From assembly GCA_965202985.1 (NCBI GenBank), contig CBDBCF010000002.1:192001-256000 (forward strand): a stretch of 64,000 nt of DNA. Reading direction: 5' to 3'. This document shows, in pieces, positions 1 to 9,914 of this stretch; position 1 is the first letter of the stretch; every line of letters begins with the position of its first letter. Both the position numbers and the translations under genes were made by a program. This DNA comes from Longimicrobiales bacterium (GTDB lineage Bacteria > Gemmatimonadota > Gemmatimonadetes > Longimicrobiales > Gaopeijiaceae). The notes below the pieces were generated by a model. The model did not search any database and had not been told where the DNA came from. It worked only from the letters and a program-made list of their open reading frames with translations.

Positions 1-1245
1 GAAGAGGCCGCCGCCGAGGGTGCTCGGGCCGTGGTCTTGGAGATCGAGACGCCGGGGGGGCGAGTGGACGCCGCGGAGCGGATCGTGGGCGCCGTGAGCC
101 GCTCGTCCGTGCCCGTATACGCCTACGTGAACATGTACGCCTATTCGGCCGGGGCCATGATCGCCCTGGCGGCCGAGCAGGTCTTCATGCGGACGGGCGC
201 CGTGATGGGGGCCGCCACGCCGGTCGACGGCCAGGGAACCAAGGCGTCCGAGAAGGTCGTCTCGGCGATGCGGGGCCGGATGCGGGCGCTGGCCGAGGCG
301 CGCGGACTGGACCCCCGAGTGGCCGAGGCGATGGTGGACGAGGAGCTGGCCATCGACGAGGTGGTGGAAGAGGGCAAGCTCCTGACGCTGACCACCGAGG
401 AGGCCGTGGAGCTGGGGTACGCCGTCGCGGTGGCGGACTGGGACGACGTGATGGGCGAGATCGGGCTGGGAGCGGCGGGGCCGGCCGGAGCGGGAGCGGT
501 CGCCGGCGGCGACGGACCCGGGGCCGTGACGGTCGTGGACGCCCGCGTGAACTGGGCGGAGCGGCTGGTGCGCTTCTTCACCAGTCCGGTGATCGCGCCG
601 TTCCTGTTGTCGCTGGGGTTCCTGGGGCTGATCGTGGAGATCAAGACGGCAGGGTTCGGCTTGGCGGGCGCCGCCGGGCTCCTGTCGCTGGCGCTCTTCT
701 TCGGGGCGCACCTGCTGGTGGGGTTGGCCGGCGCCGAGGACCTGATCCTGGTCGGCGTGGGGGTGGTCCTGGTGCTGGTCGAGATACTGGTCGTGCCGGG
801 CTTCGGGATCGCCGGCATCGCCGGGGGGGTGGCGCTCGTCGGCGGACTCTTCATGACCCAGATCGGCAGCCTGCCCACGCAGCAGGACTTCACGCGGGCG
901 GCCGCGGTCCTGAGCACCACGGTCGTGCTGGTCGTCCTGACCACGTGGGCGTTTCTGCGGACCTTGCCGCGCAACTGGCGCCTGCGCCGAAGCGGCGTGC
1001 TGCTGCCCGAGTCCACCGACCGGGACGAGGGGTACATCTCCGCAAGCGTTCGGCCCGACTTGGAGGGCGCGCGCGGCGTGGCGATCACCGCGCTCCGCCC
1101 CGCCGGGATGGGCCTCTTCGGCGACGAACGAGTGGACGTGGTGTCCGAAAGCGAGTGGATCGAAGAGGGCACGCCGATCCGAATCCTCAGCGCCGAGGGC
1201 TACCGTCACATCGTGCGCGCCGTGAAGTCCCATCAGGCGGAGTAG
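1..1245 (+). CDS. nfeD: NfeD-family membrane-bound serine protease (long form), 5' truncated by the window edge
   Basis: ClpP-like TPGG and AYSAGA motifs, several TM helices and a C-terminal OB-fold (ALRPAG...VDVVSE); directly upstream of floA. Confidence 0.9.
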   Translation, partial: EEAAAEGARAVVLEIETPGGRVDAAERIVGAVSRSSVPVYAYVNMYAYSAGAMIALAAEQVFMRTGAVMGAATPVDGQGTKASEKVVSAMRGRMRALAEARGLDPRVAEAMVDEELAIDEVVEEGKLLTLTTEEAVELGYAVAVADWDDVMGEIGLGAAGPAGAGAVAGGDGPGAVTVVDARVNWAERLVRFFTSPVIAPFLLSLGFLGLIVEIKTAGFGLAGAAGLLSLALFFGAHLLVGLAGAEDLILVGVGVVLVLVEILVVPGFGIAGIAGGVALVGGLFMTQIGSLPTQQDFTRAAAVLSTTVVLVVLTTWAFLRTLPRNWRLRRSGVLLPESTDRDEGYISASVRPDLEGARGVAITALRPAGMGLFGDERVDVVSESEWIEEGTPIRILSAEGYRHIVRAVKSHQAE

Positions 1246-1339
1246 CTTGATTCCACCCGAGGCCGCCGTCGCGCGCTCACGGAGTCGGCCCTAACGAGGT
1301 CCGGCCCCGCACACCTTCCCAAAACGGAACCGCAACCAA

Positions 1340-2329
1340 ATGAACGAGACTCTCCTTTTCCTGGCCGTCCCCGCGCTCCTGGTCGTGGCGATCATGATCC
1401 TGGGCTGGGCCATCCCCGTTCGCCTGTGGATCGAAGCCACCTTCTCCGGCGTGCGCCTGGGGCTGGGCAGCTTGGTGGGAATGCGCCTGCGCAAGGTCAG
1501 CCCGCCCGCCGTGGTGCGGCCCTTGATCGCGTCCACCAAGGCCGGCTTGCCCCTGGACGTGTCGCATCTGGAGGCCCACTACTTGGCCGGCGGCGACGTG
1601 GACCGGGTGGTGCGCGCGCTGATCAGCGCCGACAAGGCCAACATCGAGCTTCCCTTCCAGCAGGCGGCGGCGATCGACTTGGCGGGCCGGGAAGTCTTCG
1701 AGGCCGTGCAGGTCTCGGTGAACCCGAAGGTCGTGCAGACGCCGCGGGTGGCAGCGATGGCCAAGGACGGCATCCAGCTGATCGCCGTGGCGCGGGTCAC
1801 CGTGCGGGCCAACATCAATCGGTTGGTCGGCGGCGCCGGAGAGGAGACGATTCTGGCGCGCGTGGGCGAGGGGATCGTGTCCACGATCGGGTCCGCCGAC
1901 ACGCACAAGGCGGTTCTGGAGAACCCGGACGCGATCTCCAAGACCGTGTTGCAGAAGGGGTTGGACTCGGGGACCGCCTTCGAGATTCTGTCGATCGACA
2001 TCGCCGACGTGGACGTGGGGAAGAACATCGGCGCCGAGCTGCAGACCGACCAGGCCGAGGCCGACAAGCGGGTCGCCCAGGCGCGAGCCGAGGAGCGCCG
2101 CGCCATGGCGATGGCCAAGGAGCAGGAGATGAAGGCCAAGGTCGAGGAGATGCGGGCCGAGGTCGTGGCGGCGGAGGCGAAGGTCCCGCTTGCGATGGCC
2201 GACGCCTTCCGCAGCGGCAACCTGGGCGTCATGGACTACGCCAAGTACCGCAACGTGGAGTCGGACACCCACATGCGCCGCGCGATTGCCACCGGCGACC
2301 CGGACGCGCCCTCCGAATCCGAGTCCTAG
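1340..2329 (+). CDS. floA: Flotillin-like protein FloA (YqfA/UPF0365)
   Basis: [35 protein letters not shown] and [15 protein letters not shown] signatures. Confidence 0.95.
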   Translation: MNETLLFLAVPALLVVAIMILGWAIPVRLWIEATFSGVRLGLGSLVGMRLRKVSPPAVVRPLIASTKAGLPLDVSHLEAHYLAGGDVDRVVRALISADKANIELPFQQAAAIDLAGREVFEAVQVSVNPKVVQTPRVAAMAKDGIQLIAVARVTVRANINRLVGGAGEETILARVGEGIVSTIGSADTHKAVLENPDAISKTVLQKGLDSGTAFEILSIDIADVDVGKNIGAELQTDQAEADKRVAQARAEERRAMAMAKEQEMKAKVEEMRAEVVAAEAKVPLAMADAFRSGNLGVMDYAKYRNVESDTHMRRAIATGDPDAPSESES

Positions 2330-2371
2330 TCGAGCCGAACGCCGAGCCCGCCAGCCGAACGGAGCCGCCCC

Positions 2372-5155
2372 GTGGACCTCCAGATCCTGGTCATCGTCGT
2401 TGTCGTGGTCCTGTCGATCCTGGACGCGGTGATGAAGAAGGCCAAGAAGCGCGGGCTGGAGCTGCCCCAGAGCGACGAGCCGGCGGCCACTTCGGAGGTG
2501 GAGCAGGGGCACCCGCCACCTGTGCCCGGCCCGGACGCGGCGTCGCGGCCCTCCACGGCCGGCCCTCCGTCGGCGGGAAGGCGCCAGTCGGCGTTGGACA
2601 TCCTGGTCCCGCCGGAGATACGAAAGGAGCTGGAGGACTTGGTCTCGGGCGGGGGGCCGAGGGCCGGGCAAACGACGTCTCCGCCGACGCAGGCGTCTGG
2701 ATCGGGGGAGCTCTCGGGGACTTCCATGCCGTCGGATCGGCGTTCACTCCCGGCACCTTCCGAGGCGTCTGCGTCGTCCACCGCAGATCCTTCCTGGGAA
2801 AAAGAGGGTTCGCTAGGCGAGTGGCTGGCTCCTGACCACGGCCGCAGCGCGCCACAGGTCGAAGTGCGTTCAAGGGTGCCTCGTCCCTTGAACGTGCATG
2901 CCCCAGAGCCTCGCCCGGAGCGTCGAGCGGTACCGAGCGTGCCCACCACGCCCGGGTCGCCGGCTCGGCCTCACCCCCCACTCGCCAGCAGGCTTGGCTT
3001 CAGCACGATGTCCGACCTGCGACGCAACATCGTTGCGCGAGAGATCCTAGGTGCGCCCGTGGCGCTGCGGGACGACGGCCAATGGCGCGGAGAAGCAGGA
3101 TCCCGGCCCTTGGCGACACCCTTGGTGCCGCCGCCTACTTCTCCAGAACCCCCATCTTCGCCTCCCTCGACGCCCTCCGACCCCCCAACGCCGAAGCCAC
3201 CACAGCCGGAGTCGGAGGACGACAAGACACCGATCTCGGTCGGCGGAAAACGTCGTGACCCTCACAAGCCTTCGGACGAGACACCTGCGAATAGGGAGCG
3301 CCTGTCCGGCTTTCGCAGGCCAGAACTGCGGTGTCGCGAGACCTCCGACTCGCATTGGGAAGTCGTAGTGGACTTACCGAACGCGCCCAGCCTACCCAAG
3401 ATATTGCTTGACGGTCAACAACTGCCGACCTCCGACCGATGCTGTCCGCTTCCCAGCCTTGACCGCAACATCGTTGCGGTGCTGGATGGGGGCAGCACGG
3501 TCGAGCTGCTGACCCCTGGCTTGCCTCTGATCTTCAAAACGGCAAAGCACTGGAAGTCCGGCGGACGGCGCGTTGGTCGAGTCACGCGCGGCTATTTCGT
3601 GGTGATCGTTCCCGAAGGCTGGCGGCGCGAGGGTCCTCCCCCTCCGGTTGCTCCCACGAAGGCTACGGCTCCTGGGTACCAAGCGCATTACGAGTACTGG
3701 GACGGCCGCAGCAACGACCGAGTGCGCTTCGCAGGACACGATCTGCCTATGGCGAACGACATTGAGATTCTCAAAGGTTCAACTCTCTTTGACGATGATC
3801 TGGATCACGGCCCCCTTTTTGTCGGCGACCCGCCGAGATTGACGAATTCGAACGCCTTCGCGTGGGCGATGGTGGGGGAGGAAGGAGTTCCCGACGGTTG
3901 GCGATGCCGCTTCAAGCCGTCGAAACACCAACTGGCCGACCTGCTGGAAGGCCGGGAGGGCTGGTTCTTTGTGCGACTGTACGATGCGAACGTTGCACTC
4001 CAGGCGAGCACCGACTTCCGTTATTCCCGTTGCTTGGCTCAGATCCACGTGAACAACCAAGCCTACTCGGGCACGACGATACTGCTTCCAGCCGAGACTG
4101 GCCACGATCTCACTCGCCTGGCATTTATTGACCGAACGGGCAGTCCAGTCAATCCCTGGTACTCACGCCTCCAGCCTACAGTCGTTGATGCGATTGCGGA
4201 CAAGCATGCTGACGACGTGCGTGTGGAACTAAGGTCGCCAGCCGGCAGAATACCAGTAAGGGTCCAACTGCCCCGACTCTGGTGGCGACTTGTGGGTGAC
4301 GATACCGAGCACGATTGGCAGTCCACCGCATTTCGCTGGGTGCCCCAAGAGTACCATAGACTCGCCGAAATCGGGACAACGATATGTCTAGATATGCCCC
4401 GCCATGTGCCGGATGTCAGCTGTGGCTTCGACGGTGACACCACACGTCGGTATCGTCGATCAAAATCAGGTTACTTCGAGATTCCATTGGACGAGTTCTT
4501 GGATGAACTGGACGACTTCTTCGACGAACATGCACCCCATGTGGAATCCCGAGATCGAATAGCCCTTGGCGTTACCTCTAATCTGGTGTCTCGCAACGTG
4601 CCCATCGTTCACGTACACCGCGAACCTGTCGAGAACGGTCCCATGGACTACAACGAGCCTATGGATATTCCCCGCTCGGAGGACGATGACCATGAATTCG
4701 TAGCTGTCGAGCAGAGACCCCCGCCACCAGATCCCATAACGCAACGAGACTGCGAGGAGTTTCTCGTCTGTCACTGCGACTCCCATGATTTTCACAGTTG
4801 GGAAGAGGCTAGAAGCAATGGCGTTGTGAACATACCGTACTTGACGCGATTCCCGATGGGATTGCCATCACCGGGTTCCCGACTTTGGGTGTGCTTGTCA
4901 GGCAGAGGCTATGTCGGGGTGGGGATCGTTGCCAATCGGAACCGTGGCCAACCCCAGCGTCCGGCGACTAAAGATGGACCGTGGACCACCGAGGTGCCGG
5001 TCGACTGGTACGACACCCTACCCGAGACCAAGATGCTTTTCGGTCCCGAGATTATGCTTGTTTCGGCTGTTGTGCCTATCAGGAACGATGGACCCAAGTG
5101 TCGCGAAACAGTTGAAGCCCTCAAGACAGGGCTCAAGTGGCGCATCGATGCCTGA
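2372..5155 (+). CDS. Chimeric 927-aa protein: N-terminal TM/YqfB-like region, Pro-rich linker, large beta-rich region, C-terminal PUA/EVE-like domain
   Basis: N-terminal hydrophobic helix; LRRNIVAREILGAPVALR motif at ~aa 216-233, which normally ends the third gene of nfeD-floA operons; the ORF continues without a stop into lower-GC sequence. Confidence 0.75.
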   Translation: MDLQILVIVVVVVLSILDAVMKKAKKRGLELPQSDEPAATSEVEQGHPPPVPGPDAASRPSTAGPPSAGRRQSALDILVPPEIRKELEDLVSGGGPRAGQTTSPPTQASGSGELSGTSMPSDRRSLPAPSEASASSTADPSWEKEGSLGEWLAPDHGRSAPQVEVRSRVPRPLNVHAPEPRPERRAVPSVPTTPGSPARPHPPLASRLGFSTMSDLRRNIVAREILGAPVALRDDGQWRGEAGSRPLATPLVPPPTSPEPPSSPPSTPSDPPTPKPPQPESEDDKTPISVGGKRRDPHKPSDETPANRERLSGFRRPELRCRETSDSHWEVVVDLPNAPSLPKILLDGQQLPTSDRCCPLPSLDRNIVAVLDGGSTVELLTPGLPLIFKTAKHWKSGGRRVGRVTRGYFVVIVPEGWRREGPPPPVAPTKATAPGYQAHYEYWDGRSNDRVRFAGHDLPMANDIEILKGSTLFDDDLDHGPLFVGDPPRLTNSNAFAWAMVGEEGVPDGWRCRFKPSKHQLADLLEGREGWFFVRLYDANVALQASTDFRYSRCLAQIHVNNQAYSGTTILLPAETGHDLTRLAFIDRTGSPVNPWYSRLQPTVVDAIADKHADDVRVELRSPAGRIPVRVQLPRLWWRLVGDDTEHDWQSTAFRWVPQEYHRLAEIGTTICLDMPRHVPDVSCGFDGDTTRRYRRSKSGYFEIPLDEFLDELDDFFDEHAPHVESRDRIALGVTSNLVSRNVPIVHVHREPVENGPMDYNEPMDIPRSEDDDHEFVAVEQRPPPPDPITQRDCEEFLVCHCDSHDFHSWEEARSNGVVNIPYLTRFPMGLPSPGSRLWVCLSGRGYVGVGIVANRNRGQPQRPATKDGPWTTEVPVDWYDTLPETKMLFGPEIMLVSAVVPIRNDGPKCRETVEALKTGLKWRIDA

Positions 5156-8100
5156 AACACACGACATCCTCGAGTGGACAGCGACGATACGTCGTCGCTA
5201 CGAAAACTACCTAAGAACGCTGTTCTACTTCAAGGACGCTGGGCTTCGGGCGTCCTTTCGCAACGCTCTTCAGAAAGGCGACGGCCTCCTCAAGGGCCCA
5301 TTTTCCGAGGAAGATCAGGGATTTCTATACGGCGCAACGCCGAGGGACATGGCTGAAGCCGCATTTCCGCAGCGGAGTGCTGATCTGTGGCCAGCACTGC
5401 TTGACAAGCCTCTCTACACTCATCAGGAACAGGCTTTGCAGAACGTGCACTGTCGAGGGCGTAATGTGGTCGTAGCTACCGGTACCGCTAGTGGCAAGAC
5501 TGAGAGTTTCTTGTATCCGATTCTATTCTCTCTATATCGCGAGCACCTGGAGAAGAAGCTGGAACGTCCTGGCGTACGCGCCATGATACTGTACCCGATG
5601 AACGCACTGGCCAACGATCAGAGAGACCGGCTGGGCGCAATCTGCGACGCACTGGAGAAAGAAAAATCTCAGTTCCGCTTCACCTTTGGCCAGTACATTG
5701 GCCAAACACCGGAAAACTCCCGGGACAGTTATCGGAATGCTCCGGTCCGAGCAGAAGAACGCCTCCCGGGCGAGATGGTCTTTCGAGAGGACATGCGCCA
5801 ATATCCTCCTCACATCCTGCTGACGAACTACTCGATGCTTGAGTACTTGTTGATCCGACCGCAGGACAGCTCGTTGTTCGACGGTGGCAGAGGTTCTCGC
5901 TGGAGGTTTATTGTGTTGGACGAGGCTCACCAGTACCGCGGCGCAAGGGGTATGGAGATGGGCATGTTGCTGCGGCGATTGAAAGAACGCGTGCGCGACG
6001 GAGGCCGAACCGATGGATTTCAATGCATCGCGACAAGCGCGACGATTTCCACCAAACAGAGTAGCACGGAGAAGTTGAATGTCGCCGATTTTGCATCGGA
6101 GTTGTTTGGCGCTCAGTTTAGCGACAGCGACATAGTGTTCGGATCACGAGTGGCCGACAGGCGTGACACGACGCGGCGCCATCACGTATTTGTTCGTGCG
6201 CTGGAAGGGGCGTTTGTGGTTCATGAACAAGGTGAGGACAGGATTGTCTTGAACAGGACGGCAGGTGCAGACGGTCGCAACGGCTCAACACCGCTGGAGA
6301 TTGCACTGTGTCGAGAGTGTGGTCAACACTATTACGTGGGGCGGGTAGTGGGTGGGAGGTTGAGCGAAGCCGTCAGGGACCCAAGCCACACGGCCTTCGG
6401 TGTAGAATTCTTCCTGCCGTCCAATCGCGGAGATCAGTTGCTTTGTCGGCAATGCGGCCGGATTGGAGTTTTGAGGGCGCCGCCGATGTGCGATTGTGGC
6501 GCAATGGTGCAGGTAATGACCTGTCCTTCACACGGGAAGCGGGCTGACCAGCTGGCAAAGTGCGAGTCGTGCGGATACGGACGGGGTGGCGTGGGCGATC
6601 CGGTTCAGGAAGTTGTCCACGGTCACGACGGCCCGAACACCGTTATTGCCACCACGTTGCATGAGCTTCTGTCGGCCGAGTCACGGAAGATCCTTGCGTT
6701 TGCGGATAGTAGGCAAGAGGCAGCGTTCTTTGCCTGGTACCTTGAAGATACATATGACAAGATCCGTGACCGGAATCTAATGTGGAGGGTTGTGGAACGA
6801 ATGGGTGCTGGGGCGGAGGCGCTGTCGCTCTCGGACCTGGCGGATGGAATGTCGCGGCTCTGGGGCGAGCACAGACTGTTCCGGGCATCGGACACTGAGC
6901 TGGCTAGGAGGCGCCAGATCTTGGGGGCGATCTTGGCGGAGGCCATGACGTCGGAGAGACGCTTGTCGCTCGAAGGGGTCGGATTAGTGAAGTGGTACAC
7001 GGAGTTGCCCGACGACGTCGAGATGCCACGGACACTGTCGGAGAGTGCCTGGGGTCTTGACGAGGAAGAGGGCAGACGACTAGCCCTTAGGCTTGTGGAC
7101 GAGTTCCGAAGGAACCGCGCGGTCGAGTTGTCGGAGGGATATCCGGTCTGGGGGTGCGTTTCACCGTGGCCGCAACGGGCGTTCGGTGCAGGACCACCCA
7201 GAGGAAGAAGGAATGTGGCCGAATGGGGTAGTGCCGGATCAGGGATCGTCCAGCATTTCTTGACGAGGGTGTGGCTTGACGACGGGCCGGGCTCGGCGGA
7301 GGTTGAAGCAAGCAAGGCCGGTGTTGAGTTGATGAAGCAGCTGTGGAGAGCGTTGCGTGCTCGGGACCGCAGGGTGCCCGCTTCGGAGCGGTTTCTGATT
7401 GGAACGGGTGCTGGCAAGTATCGAGTTTCGCCTGAGTGGCTGCGGATTGCACGAGTAACGAATGGAGGGCTGTGGGAGTGCGGGATGTGCGGCGCCGTCA
7501 GCCCTACGAACATTCGAGATGTGTGCGACAGGCGTGCGTGTCCGGGCCGTCTTCGGTCGGTGGTACCGGGGCGGCTGGACCAGAACTACTATCGGGAGTT
7601 GTACGCCAACGCTAGCATGCCATCCCGGCTGCGGTCGGAAGAACACACTGCGCAGATCGACAGCGAGGAGGCGAGGATACGGCAGAACGGCTTCAAGCAG
7701 GGCGATATTCATGTGCTGAGCTCCTCGACTACGTTCGAAGTCGGCGTCGACCTAGGGGACCTTGACGTCGTGTTTCTGCGCAACGTACCACCGGAGGCGT
7801 TCAACTACACCCAGCGGGTCGGGAGGGCGGGGCGTCGCGACAGTCCCGGCGTGGCTGTTACGTACTGCCGTCGGAACCCGCACGACTTGTATCACTACGA
7901 GAATCCAGCGCAACGAATCATCAAAGGGGAGATCAGGCCGCCACGGCTGCGGATGAGCAACGAGAAGATCATCCGTCGGCACATGACAGCTGTTGCACTT
8001 TCCGCCTTTTTTCGCGAACGGCCGAATGCAGACCGTTTTTCGCGGGTGAAGAGGTTTGTGGGAGATTGGTTGAAGCCAAGCGGCACGTCTTCGTTTCGGG

Positions 8101-9386
8101 AGTTCTGCACACAGGATCGGTCTCTGGAGGCGACGCTTCGGCGGGTGGTGCCGAACGATGTCCACGAAGCTGTCGGACTCGCAGACGGAACATGGATCGA
8201 AGAAGTGTCGGGATCCAAAAGTCGTCTGGCAGAGATGGAAGCCGAGGTTTGTGGAGACTACCGTACAATGAATGAAGCGAAGGATAGGTTGATTGACAAG
8301 CAACCAAGGTCATGGACTAAGCGGGTGGAGAGAATCGAGCGACGGATGAGGGGAATCACCTCGGAACGCACGCTGAATTTGCTGTCGCGAAAGGCTGTGA
8401 TACCGAAATATGGATTTCCAGTTGACGTTGTGGAGCTCGACACACACGGGGAAAAGGGCGTTGCTCTTGCCCGTGATTTGTCGCAGGCAATCGCGGAGTA
8501 CGCACCAGGGAGTTCCGTCGTAGCGAAGAAGCTGGAGTGGAAGTGCGCTGGGCTGAAGGTCGTTCCTGGATGCCAGTTGCCCGTTCGACGGTATCAGTAC
8601 GATGATGCGCGAAATTTTCGCCAAGAGGAAAAAGCCGGAACGGTGTTTGCGGATTCGTTGGAGCGGGCGTACGTGTCGCCGGTGTTTGGGTTTGTAACAC
8701 CTCATATGGGATCACAAACGCCCAAAGGACGTTCCCGTCGCTTGTACACGACAAGGCCGTTTTTCCAGGGAGTGGGGAAGGAAACGGGGACCGACGCCAG
8801 GGTGGTGGCAGGCGTGCGCATAACCAAAGCGCAACCGGGAACACTGGTCATTTTGTGCGAAGGCAAGGCTAGAGCGGGATTCCACATATGTCTCACGTGT
8901 GGTAGCGGTTTCAAGGAGCTGACGGTGCCACACAAGTCGCCATATGGCGGTAGTTGCAACGGAACGCTTGAACGGCTGTCTCTCGGGCACGAGCTGGCCA
9001 CTGACGTGGTTCGCTTGCAGTTTCCCGGGCTGAGCGGCGAATGGGACGCGTACTCGGTGGCGTACGCTGCTGTTCTTGGCGTGGCAAAGGCCTTGGACGT
9101 TCCAGATACAGATCTGAACGTCACGATTACGGCCGGCGAACGCCCGACAGAGACCGGGATCGTATTGTACGACAACGTGCCGGGTGGGGCTGGCCTGGTA
9201 GCACAGCTCGAAGACGAGCCGTTGTTCCGAGAAGCATTGGAAAGGGCATGCGAACGCGTTGAAGGAGGTTGCGGATGCGACATGAGTTGCTACGGCTGTC
9301 TGCGAAGCTATCGCAACCAGTTCGCACACCCGCATCTGAACCGGAAGAGAGCAAGGTCGTTCCTTATGGATGTCGCGACAGCGTGA
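5148..9386 (+). CDS. Large DEAH-box SF2 helicase with C-terminal DUF1998 (YprA/DruE-like), 1412 aa
   Basis: TGTASGKTE, YPMNALANDQ, DEAH, SAT, FADSRQEAA, STTFEVGVDLG, YTQRVGRAGR and C-terminal CGCDMSCYGCLRSYRNQ; ATG at 5148 overlaps the end of the upstream ORF. Confidence 0.92.
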   Translation: MPETHDILEWTATIRRRYENYLRTLFYFKDAGLRASFRNALQKGDGLLKGPFSEEDQGFLYGATPRDMAEAAFPQRSADLWPALLDKPLYTHQEQALQNVHCRGRNVVVATGTASGKTESFLYPILFSLYREHLEKKLERPGVRAMILYPMNALANDQRDRLGAICDALEKEKSQFRFTFGQYIGQTPENSRDSYRNAPVRAEERLPGEMVFREDMRQYPPHILLTNYSMLEYLLIRPQDSSLFDGGRGSRWRFIVLDEAHQYRGARGMEMGMLLRRLKERVRDGGRTDGFQCIATSATISTKQSSTEKLNVADFASELFGAQFSDSDIVFGSRVADRRDTTRRHHVFVRALEGAFVVHEQGEDRIVLNRTAGADGRNGSTPLEIALCRECGQHYYVGRVVGGRLSEAVRDPSHTAFGVEFFLPSNRGDQLLCRQCGRIGVLRAPPMCDCGAMVQVMTCPSHGKRADQLAKCESCGYGRGGVGDPVQEVVHGHDGPNTVIATTLHELLSAESRKILAFADSRQEAAFFAWYLEDTYDKIRDRNLMWRVVERMGAGAEALSLSDLADGMSRLWGEHRLFRASDTELARRRQILGAILAEAMTSERRLSLEGVGLVKWYTELPDDVEMPRTLSESAWGLDEEEGRRLALRLVDEFRRNRAVELSEGYPVWGCVSPWPQRAFGAGPPRGRRNVAEWGSAGSGIVQHFLTRVWLDDGPGSAEVEASKAGVELMKQLWRALRARDRRVPASERFLIGTGAGKYRVSPEWLRIARVTNGGLWECGMCGAVSPTNIRDVCDRRACPGRLRSVVPGRLDQNYYRELYANASMPSRLRSEEHTAQIDSEEARIRQNGFKQGDIHVLSSSTTFEVGVDLGDLDVVFLRNVPPEAFNYTQRVGRAGRRDSPGVAVTYCRRNPHDLYHYENPAQRIIKGEIRPPRLRMSNEKIIRRHMTAVALSAFFRERPNADRFSRVKRFVGDWLKPSGTSSFREFCTQDRSLEATLRRVVPNDVHEAVGLADGTWIEEVSGSKSRLAEMEAEVCGDYRTMNEAKDRLIDKQPRSWTKRVERIERRMRGITSERTLNLLSRKAVIPKYGFPVDVVELDTHGEKGVALARDLSQAIAEYAPGSSVVAKKLEWKCAGLKVVPGCQLPVRRYQYDDARNFRQEEKAGTVFADSLERAYVSPVFGFVTPHMGSQTPKGRSRRLYTTRPFFQGVGKETGTDARVVAGVRITKAQPGTLVILCEGKARAGFHICLTCGSGFKELTVPHKSPYGGSCNGTLERLSLGHELATDVVRLQFPGLSGEWDAYSVAYAAVLGVAKALDVPDTDLNVTITAGERPTETGIVLYDNVPGGAGLVAQLEDEPLFREALERACERVEGGCGCDMSCYGCLRSYRNQFAHPHLNRKRARSFLMDVATA

Positions 9387-9401
9387 CCGAAGCGACTCCG
9401 A

Positions 9402-9914
9402 TCATCCGTCGAGGCTTCCTTCGCCCTCGGCAGGATCCGGGCGGCGTCCTTCCGTCTTCATGACTGTGGGTTTCACCGGATCGCCTTCTGGCGTCTCGGA
9501 TCTGCCTGTCGACTCGCCGCCGACCGGGTAGTCCTTACCCGTTTCCCGCACCACGAGCGGGCGGGGAGACGATCGCTCGTCAAGCTTGGCGTTGACGGCG
9601 CTGACCGTTGCCTTCAGCTCGCCGATCTCCCGGGCGAACTCGGCGATCTTCCCGAGCAGTTCTGCGTGGTTGGCACGAGCCCGCTCTTCTTGCCGGTCGA
9701 TACGATGTCCGAGGGCTTCGTCGCCCTTGTCGATCCGCTGTACGAGCCTCTCTTCACTCTTGTCGATCCGGTGTACGAGCCTCCCTTCGAGCTTGTCGAT
9801 CCGCTTTCCGGTGTCGGTTCGCAGAGCCCAGAAGAGACTGGCCGCGGCAACGACGACGGAAAAGACGGTGACGAAGACGTCGCTGGACAGGAAATCCACC
9901 ACGGTCTCGTCCAT
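9402..9914 (-). CDS. Membrane-anchored coiled-coil protein with 11-aa repeats, 170 aa
   Basis: ATG 9914; N-terminal TM helix followed by four RID(K/R) repeats; this is the 3' part of track ORF 9402..11333. Confidence 0.75.
   Translation of the reverse strand: MDETVVDFLSSDVFVTVFSVVVAAASLFWALRTDTGKRIDKLEGRLVHRIDKSEERLVQRIDKGDEALGHRIDRQEERARANHAELLGKIAEFAREIGELKATVSAVNAKLDERSSPRPLVVRETGKDYPVGGESTGRSETPEGDPVKPTVMKTEGRRPDPAEGEGSLDG
9693..9803. repeat. 33-bp period coding tandem repeat
   Basis: CTTGTCGATCCG at 9726, 9759 and 9792, with a degenerate copy at 9693. Confidence 0.9.
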
